Shown: positions 31,731-40,507 of the stretch, piece by piece
Layout: each line of letters opens with the position of its first letter
Numbering within the stretch: position 1 is the first letter of the stretch
Origin: Candidatus Izemoplasmatales bacterium
GTDB taxonomy: Bacteria; Bacillota_I; Bacilli_A; Izemoplasmatales; Hujiaoplasmataceae
Length of the DNA: 64,000 nt
NCBI GenBank assembly: GCA_050177605.1
Contig: JBFXGX010000004.1
Location: 24,479-88,478, forward strand
Direction of reading: 5' to 3'
Made by a program: the position numbers and the translations under genes
The notes under the pieces: generated by a model
The model's input: the letters and a program-made list of their open reading frames with translations, nothing else
Databases searched by the model: none
Told to the model about the DNA's origin: nothing

Positions 31731-34499
31731 ATGTTGGCGTTGTTTATAATTCAAGAGGATTCATTTCATAACAAGAGTAAAGAGGAAATTAGCAGATATG
31801 TGTATGGATCATACAACAAGTTTAAGTATATGATTTATTATAACGCTTCATACCTAATCTACAAAAAGAGAATAGTAGAATTTGAAAATGATGGTAAAAA
31901 AGAAAGAAAAATTCAAGCGCTAATCGATTTTATTTATGGAGATTTATCCGATGAAAATTATATTGATTATCTTCTTGATAGAATCGACTATTATCCAGTT
32001 ATTAAGAAAGAAACGATAATAAACGGATCTAAACATATCGCTTTAAATTACTTTATAGATATTCCTGTTGAACTACATATAATTGATGTTATGTGGACCA
32101 TAATCAAAGGATTGTCATTCAAAAATGATGAAATGGAAAAGTTTTGGTACGGTAATTTGTTGAATAAAAAGCAATTATACAAACAAAATGCTCATACTCT
32201 CAATGATATATTATGGGAAACGAATTTTCTATTCAATAAATACATTAAGGATTATAATAAATGGATATCTGAGTCTTTGAAATGCATTAAAAATCAATGC
32301 AATATTAATGATGATTTAACGCTGGTATCTTCTGACTTAAAACGATTTTATTACTCTACGAATTCACCATTTAGAGAATTCCCATCAACTACTTATAACT
32401 CAATTATCGAGCCTTATTTGAGTGCTCTTACAGTAGTTATTGAAAAAATGTATCAAAAATATCATTCTATGATAGCTTCTATATCAAAAATCGACATGGG
32501 TGAATGTATCCTTCCCATTGGACTAACATCATCAATGTTAATCGCAAACGCATATCTCTCCGATTTTGATGATTCGATTTCAAAACTTGATGATGTAATT
32601 TTTTATGGAAGATATGTAGATGATATGATAATTATTTTTAAGAAAGAAGTTAAACTAGAAGAAGCGAAGAAATTACTTAAATCACTCCTTGAAGAAAATC
32701 AGTATAATGTTTCAATTAATGAGGAGAAAACTGCTGTTTTTTCTTATCATAATTACAATTTTCTTTCTACCGAAGAACGATTTATTAACTATATAAAAAC
32801 TAAATCGAATAGTTATGTTGGAAATGAAGACTTAGAAGAAGTATCATTTGAAAGGTATTTTGAATTCGAAAAAAAATACCTCAACAACAATTTGATTTCT
32901 AATTCACAATTATCCGAAGATATGTTTGTAAAGATTGACGTACATGATGCAATTATATTTATGAACTATATTTACGATTTGATTGATTTTAGTCATGAAG
33001 TTAGAGAAGTTATTTACAATAAGATCACTACATTTATAAACACCACAACCAAATTTACTATGTGGAAAGAAATTTATAGATGGGTGAACTCATTCCAAAT
33101 CCAAAATGATAGTGTTTTAGAAATTGAAAAACTATTGCAGGAAAGATTCAAGAATATGATTGAAAACAATATTGAAGAAATTAATGCCGTCTTTTCAGAT
33201 AATGTTCATAAGAAACTTATGAGTACATATGAGGAAATTAATGAGATATCAAAAATACTAGCTCGAGTTGAAGAAAACACACCTTATGCAAGGGCATTTG
33301 AATTATCAGGAATGTGTAGAAAAGACAGTATTATCAAACATCTGGTAATCAATTATAGAGAAAATAAGAAACTATTCAATAATTCGACTGAGTATTATAA
33401 GGATTACTATGGAAATTATTTACCTTTTATTCACCTATGGGAAGTCGTACTTTTTGACCAGTTAGTGAATTTATCTAAGAAGAACCATAAATCTTATCAA
33501 GAATCAGTGCGAACATTTACCGAGTTAAACCATATTAATGAATTTGATAATATCTATTTTGCTAAATCTATAGAGATGGATAATCTGAATGGAGACGTGA
33601 TTGTTATCGGTGATCAACAAAAAATGAATTCTTTTGTTGTTAGTCATCCTAATATTAATCTAGATTCTGATGAGTTCATTCCTTTATCAAAACATCATGT
33701 AATACCTAGCACTACTGACACAAGACTGTTTATAAGGAATTTACTCGACTCATTTGAAAATAATACTAGTACACTGGTATTACCAGAATTATATGTAAAG
33801 TTAGAATGGTTGCCTATCGTTGCCAGAATAGCTCATCATAAAGAATTTAACGTGTCGATGGGTGTTGAAAATCTAGTGTTAGGGCGTCGGTTTTACAATG
33901 TAATGATTTCGTTGTATTCTTTTAGGGATTCATTTTCTCATAGAAACCTTTTTCCAATAGTGCGTGAGAAGAACTTTTATTCATATATTGAACAGGAATG
34001 GTGCGATCAACCTTCAGTTAAGCTTATATGTAGAAATCCATCTACTCCGAAGTACTATCTTGTGAAAAATAAAGGTATTTCATTTGTGGATTATCTATGC
34101 TTTGAGATAACGGATATATTTTCGAGAGCCTTATTCAAAGGGATGGCTGATGTCACTATCTTGCCAATGTTAAATAGAGATACTACCTATTTTGATAACA
34201 TAATTCAATCTCTTAGTAGAGATTTATCTTGTTGTGTTATTACATCAAATTCTGCAACATGGGGTAATTCATCAATCATTCTTCCGAGATCGTCTCATGA
34301 AAAAGTGTTAACTGATTTTAAAGGAGGATTTAATAACTATCTTGTATCTTCTCTTTTACCAGTTTATGAATTAATAAATTTTAATAATAGTTTTTATTGG
34401 AAGAATAAAAATATTCCATTTAAGAAACATCCAGCAAATTATAATCATATATCAATCGACTCACATGAGAAAGAGGATTATAAATTGGATTGGGAGTAG
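31731..34499 (+). CDS. Reverse transcriptase fused to a C-terminal nitrilase (C-N hydrolase) domain; UG1/DRT1-like defence RT
   Basis: RT motifs DLKRFYYS, LPIGLTSS..IAN, YGRYVDD; nitrilase E-K-C triad in LPEL, REKNFYS, LCFE. Confidence 0.85.
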   Translation: MLALFIIQEDSFHNKSKEEISRYVYGSYNKFKYMIYYNASYLIYKKRIVEFENDGKKERKIQALIDFIYGDLSDENYIDYLLDRIDYYPVIKKETIINGSKHIALNYFIDIPVELHIIDVMWTIIKGLSFKNDEMEKFWYGNLLNKKQLYKQNAHTLNDILWETNFLFNKYIKDYNKWISESLKCIKNQCNINDDLTLVSSDLKRFYYSTNSPFREFPSTTYNSIIEPYLSALTVVIEKMYQKYHSMIASISKIDMGECILPIGLTSSMLIANAYLSDFDDSISKLDDVIFYGRYVDDMIIIFKKEVKLEEAKKLLKSLLEENQYNVSINEEKTAVFSYHNYNFLSTEERFINYIKTKSNSYVGNEDLEEVSFERYFEFEKKYLNNNLISNSQLSEDMFVKIDVHDAIIFMNYIYDLIDFSHEVREVIYNKITTFINTTTKFTMWKEIYRWVNSFQIQNDSVLEIEKLLQERFKNMIENNIEEINAVFSDNVHKKLMSTYEEINEISKILARVEENTPYARAFELSGMCRKDSIIKHLVINYRENKKLFNNSTEYYKDYYGNYLPFIHLWEVVLFDQLVNLSKKNHKSYQESVRTFTELNHINEFDNIYFAKSIEMDNLNGDVIVIGDQQKMNSFVVSHPNINLDSDEFIPLSKHHVIPSTTDTRLFIRNLLDSFENNTSTLVLPELYVKLEWLPIVARIAHHKEFNVSMGVENLVLGRRFYNVMISLYSFRDSFSHRNLFPIVREKNFYSYIEQEWCDQPSVKLICRNPSTPKYYLVKNKGISFVDYLCFEITDIFSRALFKGMADVTILPMLNRDTTYFDNIIQSLSRDLSCCVITSNSATWGNSSIILPRSSHEKVLTDFKGGFNNYLVSSLLPVYELINFNNSFYWKNKNIPFKKHPANYNHISIDSHEKEDYKLDWE

Positions 34500-34850
34500 T
34501 TATTTGATAAATTCCTATTTTGAACATAACATTCAAACAAATTTCTTTCATTATATTCACAATTCCGTCTGAGAGTATATATTTCCTATTTCAAGATAAG
34601 TACCAAAAAGATGTTTGCGTTGTCGAAAAATCATTCTGATAAACGTCCCATTTATCCGGTAAATTCTCAGTATAATTTGTTTATAATAGATATGGGATTT
34701 AGCAACAAAGCAATTATATTATTATTCGCACATATATTAGACTATAGTTAATGTAGTTACAATCTAGTTAATTAATGAAATTAATAGTGAGGTTTAATTA
34801 TTGCAAAATATCTATAGCGTTATAATCATAGAAATATGGAGAAGAGAAAA

Positions 34851-36893
34851 ATGAAAATCGAGAAGATTGAACTAAAGAACTACAGACTTATGCAAAATAC
34901 TAGTCTTCGTTTAGAGGATTTGGAGACTGTAATTGTAGGAAAAAACAATACTGGAAAGACTTCTTTAATGTCTTTTTTGCATCTAATAACTGGAGACAAA
35001 TCAAAAACTTTTCTATTTGATGATTACCCGGTTCCCTATAGAAATAGTATTTATGACTTTATACTTACTATAGATTTATTATCTCTTGATGATAATGAAG
35101 TCAGAAAAGTTTTTAAAGAACCGGAATTGCGAATAGAAATTGATTATAGTGATTTTGATGAAAATTCATCTTTGGGTGGATTGAGACCATTTGTAATTGA
35201 TTTGGAAGAGACAGTTAAGAAAACAATTGTGCTTGCTAGATATGATTATATTTTACCGATTACTTCATTACTGTTGATGATTAAAAATATTAGAATACAA
35301 AAAGAGTATATTGAAGGTGATGAAAGTGTAAAAAGGACAATTATCCGTGAACGAATATCATCGTATTTTCCAAATTTTTACAAACTAAATATTTATGCAG
35401 TTAATCCGATGACTGAGACAGATATTCAATTAAAAACACAAGAAGACTTAAAGAACCTTCTTTCAATCTACTTTGTAAGAGCAGAAAGAGCTATGGATGA
35501 ATCCGATCAAGGGAATAATAAGCAACTTGAAAAACTCTTGGATAGAATATTCAGTCCATTAACTGAACTTGATGAAGTAGATGAAACTGATACAACGCCT
35601 GAAGGAATCAAAAGAGCAGAAATTTTTCGGATGCGAAGCGGAATACAAGAAATGGTTTCAAGCTTTAATTCTGATATAAATGAAAAAATAGATATTAAAA
35701 TGGTAGAACTAATAAAAAAATCAATCGGATTTGGATATCCAGACAGTGAAGAAATATCACTTTCTGCAAAGTCTAACATACATATTGATGATTTAATTCG
35801 AAGAAATACTGACCTTTGGTATGTAGACCCATTAACAAATGAAGTATTACCTAGTTCATTGAACGGGTTAGGATATAAAAATTTGTTGAAAATCGAGTTT
35901 GAATTAGTAAACTATTTTCAAACAGTTGAAAACGACAAAGAAGGGCGACTTTATTTGCTTTTTATTGAAGAACCTGAATCACATATGCATCCACAGCTTC
36001 AACAAAAATTCGTTTCTTTTTTATCTGAATTTTTAAAAGGACTGTCATCCAAAAAAATTCAGGTGATTTTGACTACACATTCTTCTCATATTGTCAATCA
36101 AGTCAAATTTTCAAGCATAAGATATGCAAAAAAAACCGGTCTGTCATTAGAATTAAAGGATTTCAAAGAATTCAGCACAGATAATCCTGATAATGCTGAG
36201 TTTATTCAAAAATATTTAACACTATATAGATGCGACTTATTTTTCGCGGATAAAGCAATATTATTCGAAGGATCATCCGAACGAATATTAATACCTGAAG
36301 TCATTAGAAGACTAGCCCAAAACAATAAATTTGTTGGTACTAGTGTGCCACTCGACAGACAATATATATCACTTATTGAAGTTGGTGGCGCATATGCTTA
36401 TCTATTCTTTGAATTTCTTAAATTCCTTGAACTACCATCTTTAATTATTACTGATATTGATTCGATTGATAGTGAACGAAAAAAGTGTGTTGTTAGCGAG
36501 GGGGTGTCTTCTTCAAATGCAACAATAAAAAAATGGTTTGAACTATATATAAATCCAGATGATAGATCCAAAGATGAAACTTCTTTAGCTAAGATAATAG
36601 AACTATCTGAGGACGAAAAAACTCAAGGTAACATTCATATAACATATCAAACTGAGGAGAACTCTATCATTGCAAGAAGTTTAGAGGAGTCAATAATCAA
36701 TATTAATAGAGTTTACTTTAAATGCTCACCAGATTCCAATGAAGAAGAAATCAAATGCAAAAATTCATCTAAAATCGATTTTGCATTGAATCTCATATTT
36801 GATAACCCCAATTTTGTCATTCCTCATTACATTGAAAGTGGGTTGACTTGGCTAAATAGTGCAAATAAAAGTGAGGTTATTCATCGTGAATAA
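34851..36893 (+). CDS. gajA: OLD-family ATP-dependent nuclease (ABC ATPase plus TOPRIM), Gabija GajA-like
   Basis: VGKNNTGKTS, IEEPESHMHPQLQ, TTHSSHI, LFEGSSE, TDID; RBS GGAG before ATG 34851; followed by a UvrD gene. Confidence 0.8.
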   Translation: MKIEKIELKNYRLMQNTSLRLEDLETVIVGKNNTGKTSLMSFLHLITGDKSKTFLFDDYPVPYRNSIYDFILTIDLLSLDDNEVRKVFKEPELRIEIDYSDFDENSSLGGLRPFVIDLEETVKKTIVLARYDYILPITSLLLMIKNIRIQKEYIEGDESVKRTIIRERISSYFPNFYKLNIYAVNPMTETDIQLKTQEDLKNLLSIYFVRAERAMDESDQGNNKQLEKLLDRIFSPLTELDEVDETDTTPEGIKRAEIFRMRSGIQEMVSSFNSDINEKIDIKMVELIKKSIGFGYPDSEEISLSAKSNIHIDDLIRRNTDLWYVDPLTNEVLPSSLNGLGYKNLLKIEFELVNYFQTVENDKEGRLYLLFIEEPESHMHPQLQQKFVSFLSEFLKGLSSKKIQVILTTHSSHIVNQVKFSSIRYAKKTGLSLELKDFKEFSTDNPDNAEFIQKYLTLYRCDLFFADKAILFEGSSERILIPEVIRRLAQNNKFVGTSVPLDRQYISLIEVGGAYAYLFFEFLKFLELPSLIITDIDSIDSERKKCVVSEGVSSSNATIKKWFELYINPDDRSKDETSLAKIIELSEDEKTQGNIHITYQTEENSIIARSLEESIININRVYFKCSPDSNEEEIKCKNSSKIDFALNLIFDNPNFVIPHYIESGLTWLNSANKSEVIHRE

Positions 36894-38592
36894 TAGAAAA
36901 TTAGCAATAGAAGAAGCTAATAAGATTGATTTTGAAATAATCGAGGCTCTACAAAAGGGTTCGCATTTTAGGGTTGACGCTGGGGCTGGTAGTGGAAAAA
37001 CATATTCATTAATTAGAGCTGTTGAGTGGCTACAGGAAAATAAATGGAATGAGTTCAATAGAATGAATCAAAAGGTTGCATGTATCACTTATACGAATGC
37101 AGCAGTAGATGTAATTCGAAGTCGTTTAAAAAATGATTCATTCATCATACCATCAACAATTCATTCATTTGTCTGGGAAGCAATGAAGCAGTTTCAAATT
37201 GATTTACTTAGAAATGCAAAGGAGATTTTGATTGATAAAGATTACATAGATTTTAATTATGTAAAAAAAATAGAATATACATTAGGAAAAAGATATCAAG
37301 ATGGTGATACTCTATATTTATTCCATGATGATGTAATTAAGTTATTCGTTATATTAATTGATAAGCCAAAATTTAGAACGATATTAAGTAATCAATATCC
37401 TATAATTCTGATTGATGAATACCAAGATTCATTTAAATCTATCGTAGATAAATTTGTTGAGTATTTCATTGAAAACAAGTCTACACCTCAATTTGGATTT
37501 TTTGGTGATTCTTGGCAAACCATTTATCAAATGCAAGGAGCTGTTGGTGAGATTAATAGCGATAATATAGTCATAATTCAAAAGAAATCAAACTTTCGCT
37601 CTGCAAGCAAAATTGTAGAAATGCTTAATAGAATAAGACCGGAATTACAACAAATAACCGCTGAAGACAATTATGAAGGAAGTACTACAATAATTGATTG
37701 CAGTGATTATAAGGGTAGTAGAATTCAGGGTGGACTGTTTTCAAATGATTTGCCAAACGACGTACTAATGGAGCGTATAGAGAATTTAGAAAATGTACTG
37801 TATAGAGACTTAACTAAAACCTGTAAGACTTTATTTTTAACACATCGAATAATTGCCAGTAATGAAGGTTACCCTGACTTGTTAAATCTTTTTGATGATG
37901 GTTTTAAAGACAAAACAGATGCTTTTTTGCTCTTTTTTATGGAGAAAGTTGAACTTATTGTCAGTGGTTTAGAACAGGGATTAACACAACAAATTTTTGA
38001 TGTCTTAGGTTTAAAGCAATATCCTATTAACGCGATTTCTGATAAGAAAAAATGGTATAAATTTAAAGATGACATATTTACAAGCAGAAATAAAAAAGTT
38101 ATCGATGTACTAGATTCAATTAATAACAGTGGATTGCTTACATTTCCGGAAGAGATTGAAAAAATATATAGTAATTATCCAAAAAATAATGAAGAACCCT
38201 ACAGAAATGGGTCAATAGGTAAATTAATGAATCTAGATTATTCACAGATATTAGCTGCAATCTCTTATCATAAACCAAACTCACTAGTGTCAACAAATCA
38301 TGGTGTTAAAGGCGAAGAATACGATAATGTAATTTTTGTTGTCAGCAAAGGTTGGAATAACTACAATTTTGATAAGTATCTACCAATGAGCCAAAAAGAA
38401 CAAAAAGATAATTATGAATCATACAAAAGAAATAGAAACTTGTTTTATGTTTGCTGCTCTAGAGCTAAGTCAAATTTCATCATGTTCATAACATACCCCG
38501 TGTCAAATGGGTTTAAAGAATATTTGACTAATTTGGTAGGTATCAATAACTACATGAGTTATGATCAATATATTAAACAGAATAATGCTTAA
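36886..38592 (+). CDS. gajB: UvrD-like helicase, Gabija GajB-like
   Basis: AGAGSGKT, ITYTNAA, IDEYQD, FGDSWQTIY, NFRS, HGVKGEEY, FYVCCSRAK; GTG start at 36886 with RBS GAGGT overlaps the GajA stop. Confidence 0.8.
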   Translation: MNNRKLAIEEANKIDFEIIEALQKGSHFRVDAGAGSGKTYSLIRAVEWLQENKWNEFNRMNQKVACITYTNAAVDVIRSRLKNDSFIIPSTIHSFVWEAMKQFQIDLLRNAKEILIDKDYIDFNYVKKIEYTLGKRYQDGDTLYLFHDDVIKLFVILIDKPKFRTILSNQYPIILIDEYQDSFKSIVDKFVEYFIENKSTPQFGFFGDSWQTIYQMQGAVGEINSDNIVIIQKKSNFRSASKIVEMLNRIRPELQQITAEDNYEGSTTIIDCSDYKGSRIQGGLFSNDLPNDVLMERIENLENVLYRDLTKTCKTLFLTHRIIASNEGYPDLLNLFDDGFKDKTDAFLLFFMEKVELIVSGLEQGLTQQIFDVLGLKQYPINAISDKKKWYKFKDDIFTSRNKKVIDVLDSINNSGLLTFPEEIEKIYSNYPKNNEEPYRNGSIGKLMNLDYSQILAAISYHKPNSLVSTNHGVKGEEYDNVIFVVSKGWNNYNFDKYLPMSQKEQKDNYESYKRNRNLFYVCCSRAKSNFIMFITYPVSNGFKEYLTNLVGINNYMSYDQYIKQNNA

Positions 38593-38967
38593 ATAGCGAT
38601 TTATTATGTTATTCTGAAACAAGGGTTATTCACTTGTTTATTTGTAAAGTTGTGTTAAATGTAGATTTCAGTTGTAGTTATATATTTTCTTTGTTCGGTT
38701 CTATACTGACAATATTATTTTAAGGAATAGAGCCTTTTTTATTACGAATCTTGAAATATGTCTCTATCATTGCTGATTATTCTGAAAATTAACAAATGTC
38801 TTCTCTTTGAAAAAAATCGGAATTCAGATATTATGATATATGCGCAATTATAGTGAATTAATTACTCAACCTCAAAGATAGATTCTTAAGGAACAAGAAT
38901 TTGAACAATACAAGTAATTATTTCGTATGCAGGTTAAATAGATTTGCTTTAATCAGGGGGTATTCAA

Positions 38968-39408
38968 TTGATGAAAAAGGAAGATGTAGAGAAGAAAATA
39001 GAACAATTATGTTCTTTCATAGGAACACGTATTAATAAAAATTTGGCTACAACAGCCATAACTTGTTCTGGTTATGCTGCTGAACATAATATTCCTAGTC
39101 AAGACTCGTTAGCAATTGTTGGAGATCATGTTATAAAATTGTTAATTTCTTCGTCAAATTACAAAAAAACGCCTGTTATATCGAAAGAGAAACTACATCA
39201 AGCCGTAGATAAAAATGGACAAAATGAATTTTTGGAAAAAATAGGACAAGAGCAAAATATTGATAAATTTCTACTATATATAAACACTGATCTAGAAGGC
39301 AAAAAGAAAAGAGCTACATCTCTTGAAGCTATTATTGGCGCTGTTTATCTATCAAAGGGAAGCAAAGCAGTTGAAAAATTAGCACATAAGTTAAAAATAC
39401 TTGAATAG
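38968..39408 (+). CDS. Stand-alone RNase III domain protein (Mini-III-like, no dsRBD)
   Basis: LAIVGDHV and ATSLEAIIGAVYL match the Mini-III pattern LAxxGD / TxxEAxxGxxYL. Confidence 0.75.
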   Translation: MMKKEDVEKKIEQLCSFIGTRINKNLATTAITCSGYAAEHNIPSQDSLAIVGDHVIKLLISSSNYKKTPVISKEKLHQAVDKNGQNEFLEKIGQEQNIDKFLLYINTDLEGKKKRATSLEAIIGAVYLSKGSKAVEKLAHKLKILE

Positions 39409-39445
39409 ATATTGCTAAGGATTTTACGAGTTCTATAATAAAATT

Positions 39446-39586
39446 AGAAAAAATAACTGAGGATTGCATTTCCTCAATAAGAGTTGATATCTCTTAAATG
39501 AACTATAACAGTTGGCGCTCTTATCAAGTTGCAATGCCAAACCTTAATGACAAATAAACCAAGGCAGTAAAATGTTTTGGTTTTTT
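39446..39586 (+). ncRNA. Candidate ~140 nt structured sRNA with its own promoter and terminator
   Basis: TTGCTA-16-TATAAT (39412-39439); three hairpins with complementary loops; terminator AAACCAAGGCA/TGTTTTGGTTT plus T run (39556-39586). Confidence 0.55.
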
Positions 39587-39683
39587 GTTCCTCAATATTC
39601 AAAATAATTATATATCTCATATTTATGTTGATTAGTATAAAATATTTCTTTATATTTACGATAAATAATGCTATAATCAAGTT

Positions 39684-39770
39684 GCGGAACGTAAACACTA
39701 TGGGTGTACTCCTTCGTTCCGCAAAACTATAGGTGTACACCTCCATATAATTAATTTGCACTCTTTTTCA
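39684..39770 (+). ncRNA. Candidate short RNA A (3' end uncertain)
   Basis: Extended -10 TGCTATAAT (39669-39677); stem GCGGAACG/CGTTCCGC; two CTATRGGTGTAC copies. Confidence 0.45.
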
Positions 39771-39814
39771 AAAAAATGATTGCAATTTTTTATTTTTGGG
39801 ATTATACTGTAATT

Positions 39815-40045
39815 GCGGAACGAGGGCGGTCATCGTTTTTAAAAGACCGAAACCCAAAAAGGTTACTATTAATTTATTAGTAATCTGAGTAGGATGTACA
39901 CCTATATATATTCACACGAAATGTGTGAACGAAAGGCAGAAAGACTCCAAAATTGGATTGTTTTTTGATTTCTTTTCGCTCGAGAGAAAAGAATGCAGAA
40001 ACGATCAATATGAGTTTATCTGTACACCAATATATATAGGAGAAG
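39815..40045 (+). ncRNA. Candidate structured leader or ncRNA B of the viperin operon
   Basis: TTGCAA-17-TATACT (39780-39808); at least four hairpins; two TGAGT-N4/5-TGTACACC-WATATATA motifs. Confidence 0.55.
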
Positions 40046-40050
40046 ATAAA

Positions 40051-40506
40051 ATGAACTATTTTTTAGTGAAGTGTAAATTTGGCCATGTAGGAAGAAACAA
40101 GTATTTACCTTTATTGATTCCAGTGATTGCTGAAAACGCAAAAGAAGCTAGTAGCCAAGCAAAAAAGATTGGTGGAGTAAAAAAAGATCATAAGGATTGG
40201 TGTTTAGAGTATCCAAAACAAGTAGAATTCAATGAATATCAAAAAGCATATATTGATTTTAGAAATGATATCTATTTTGAAAAGAAAAGCAGATCTCGTA
40301 TTGAGTTATTTACAGGAAGACTCGTTGATGAGCCAAACTACTCAAATATCAATGGCATAAAAACTAACAAACCGATTATTTATCATAAAAGAAATAGAGA
40401 TGTAATAGAGTATAAGAAGAAAAGAGAGCAGGAGTACCTTTCAACTATCAGCCCTTATAGACTTAGAATACTTAACAGTACCTCGAAGCCAAAAGGAGTT
40501 GCGTAG
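40051..40506 (+). CDS. Basic hypothetical protein (151 aa), first gene of the viperin operon
   Basis: RBS AGGAG at 40038 then ATG at 40051; KCKFGHVGRNKY...VIAENAKEA; family not recognised. Confidence 0.75.
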   Translation: MNYFLVKCKFGHVGRNKYLPLLIPVIAENAKEASSQAKKIGGVKKDHKDWCLEYPKQVEFNEYQKAYIDFRNDIYFEKKSRSRIELFTGRLVDEPNYSNINGIKTNKPIIYHKRNRDVIEYKKKREQEYLSTISPYRLRILNSTSKPKGVA

Positions 40507-40507
40507 T

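Noticed and set aside
31576..34850. Retron or group II intron interpretation of the RT
   Set aside because: No retron NAxxH/VTG motifs, no msr-msd inverted repeats in the flanks and no intron domain V; the C-terminal nitrilase points to the UG/DRT class.
39518..39560. CTCTTATCAAG resembling the 5' end of a SAM-I riboswitch
   Set aside because: The downstream GAGGGA/GGCCC, GCAACC and closing GATAAG elements are absent.
39474..39761. 95-aa minus-strand ORF across the structured intergenic region
   Set aside because: Low-complexity Ile/Asn/Phe composition typical of AT-rich non-coding DNA; it overlaps + strand promoters and hairpins whose G-U pairs favour the + strand.
39684..40036. TGTACACC / GCGGAACG repeats as a CRISPR or type III antitoxin array
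   Set aside because: The repeats are only 8-12 nt, in mixed orientation and irregularly spaced; no cas or toxN-like gene is recognisable.
39925..40050. 42-codon N-terminal extension of the 40051 protein from the GTG at 39925
   Set aside because: That GTG lies inside a hairpin with no RBS, whereas ATG 40051 has AGGAG at the correct spacing.
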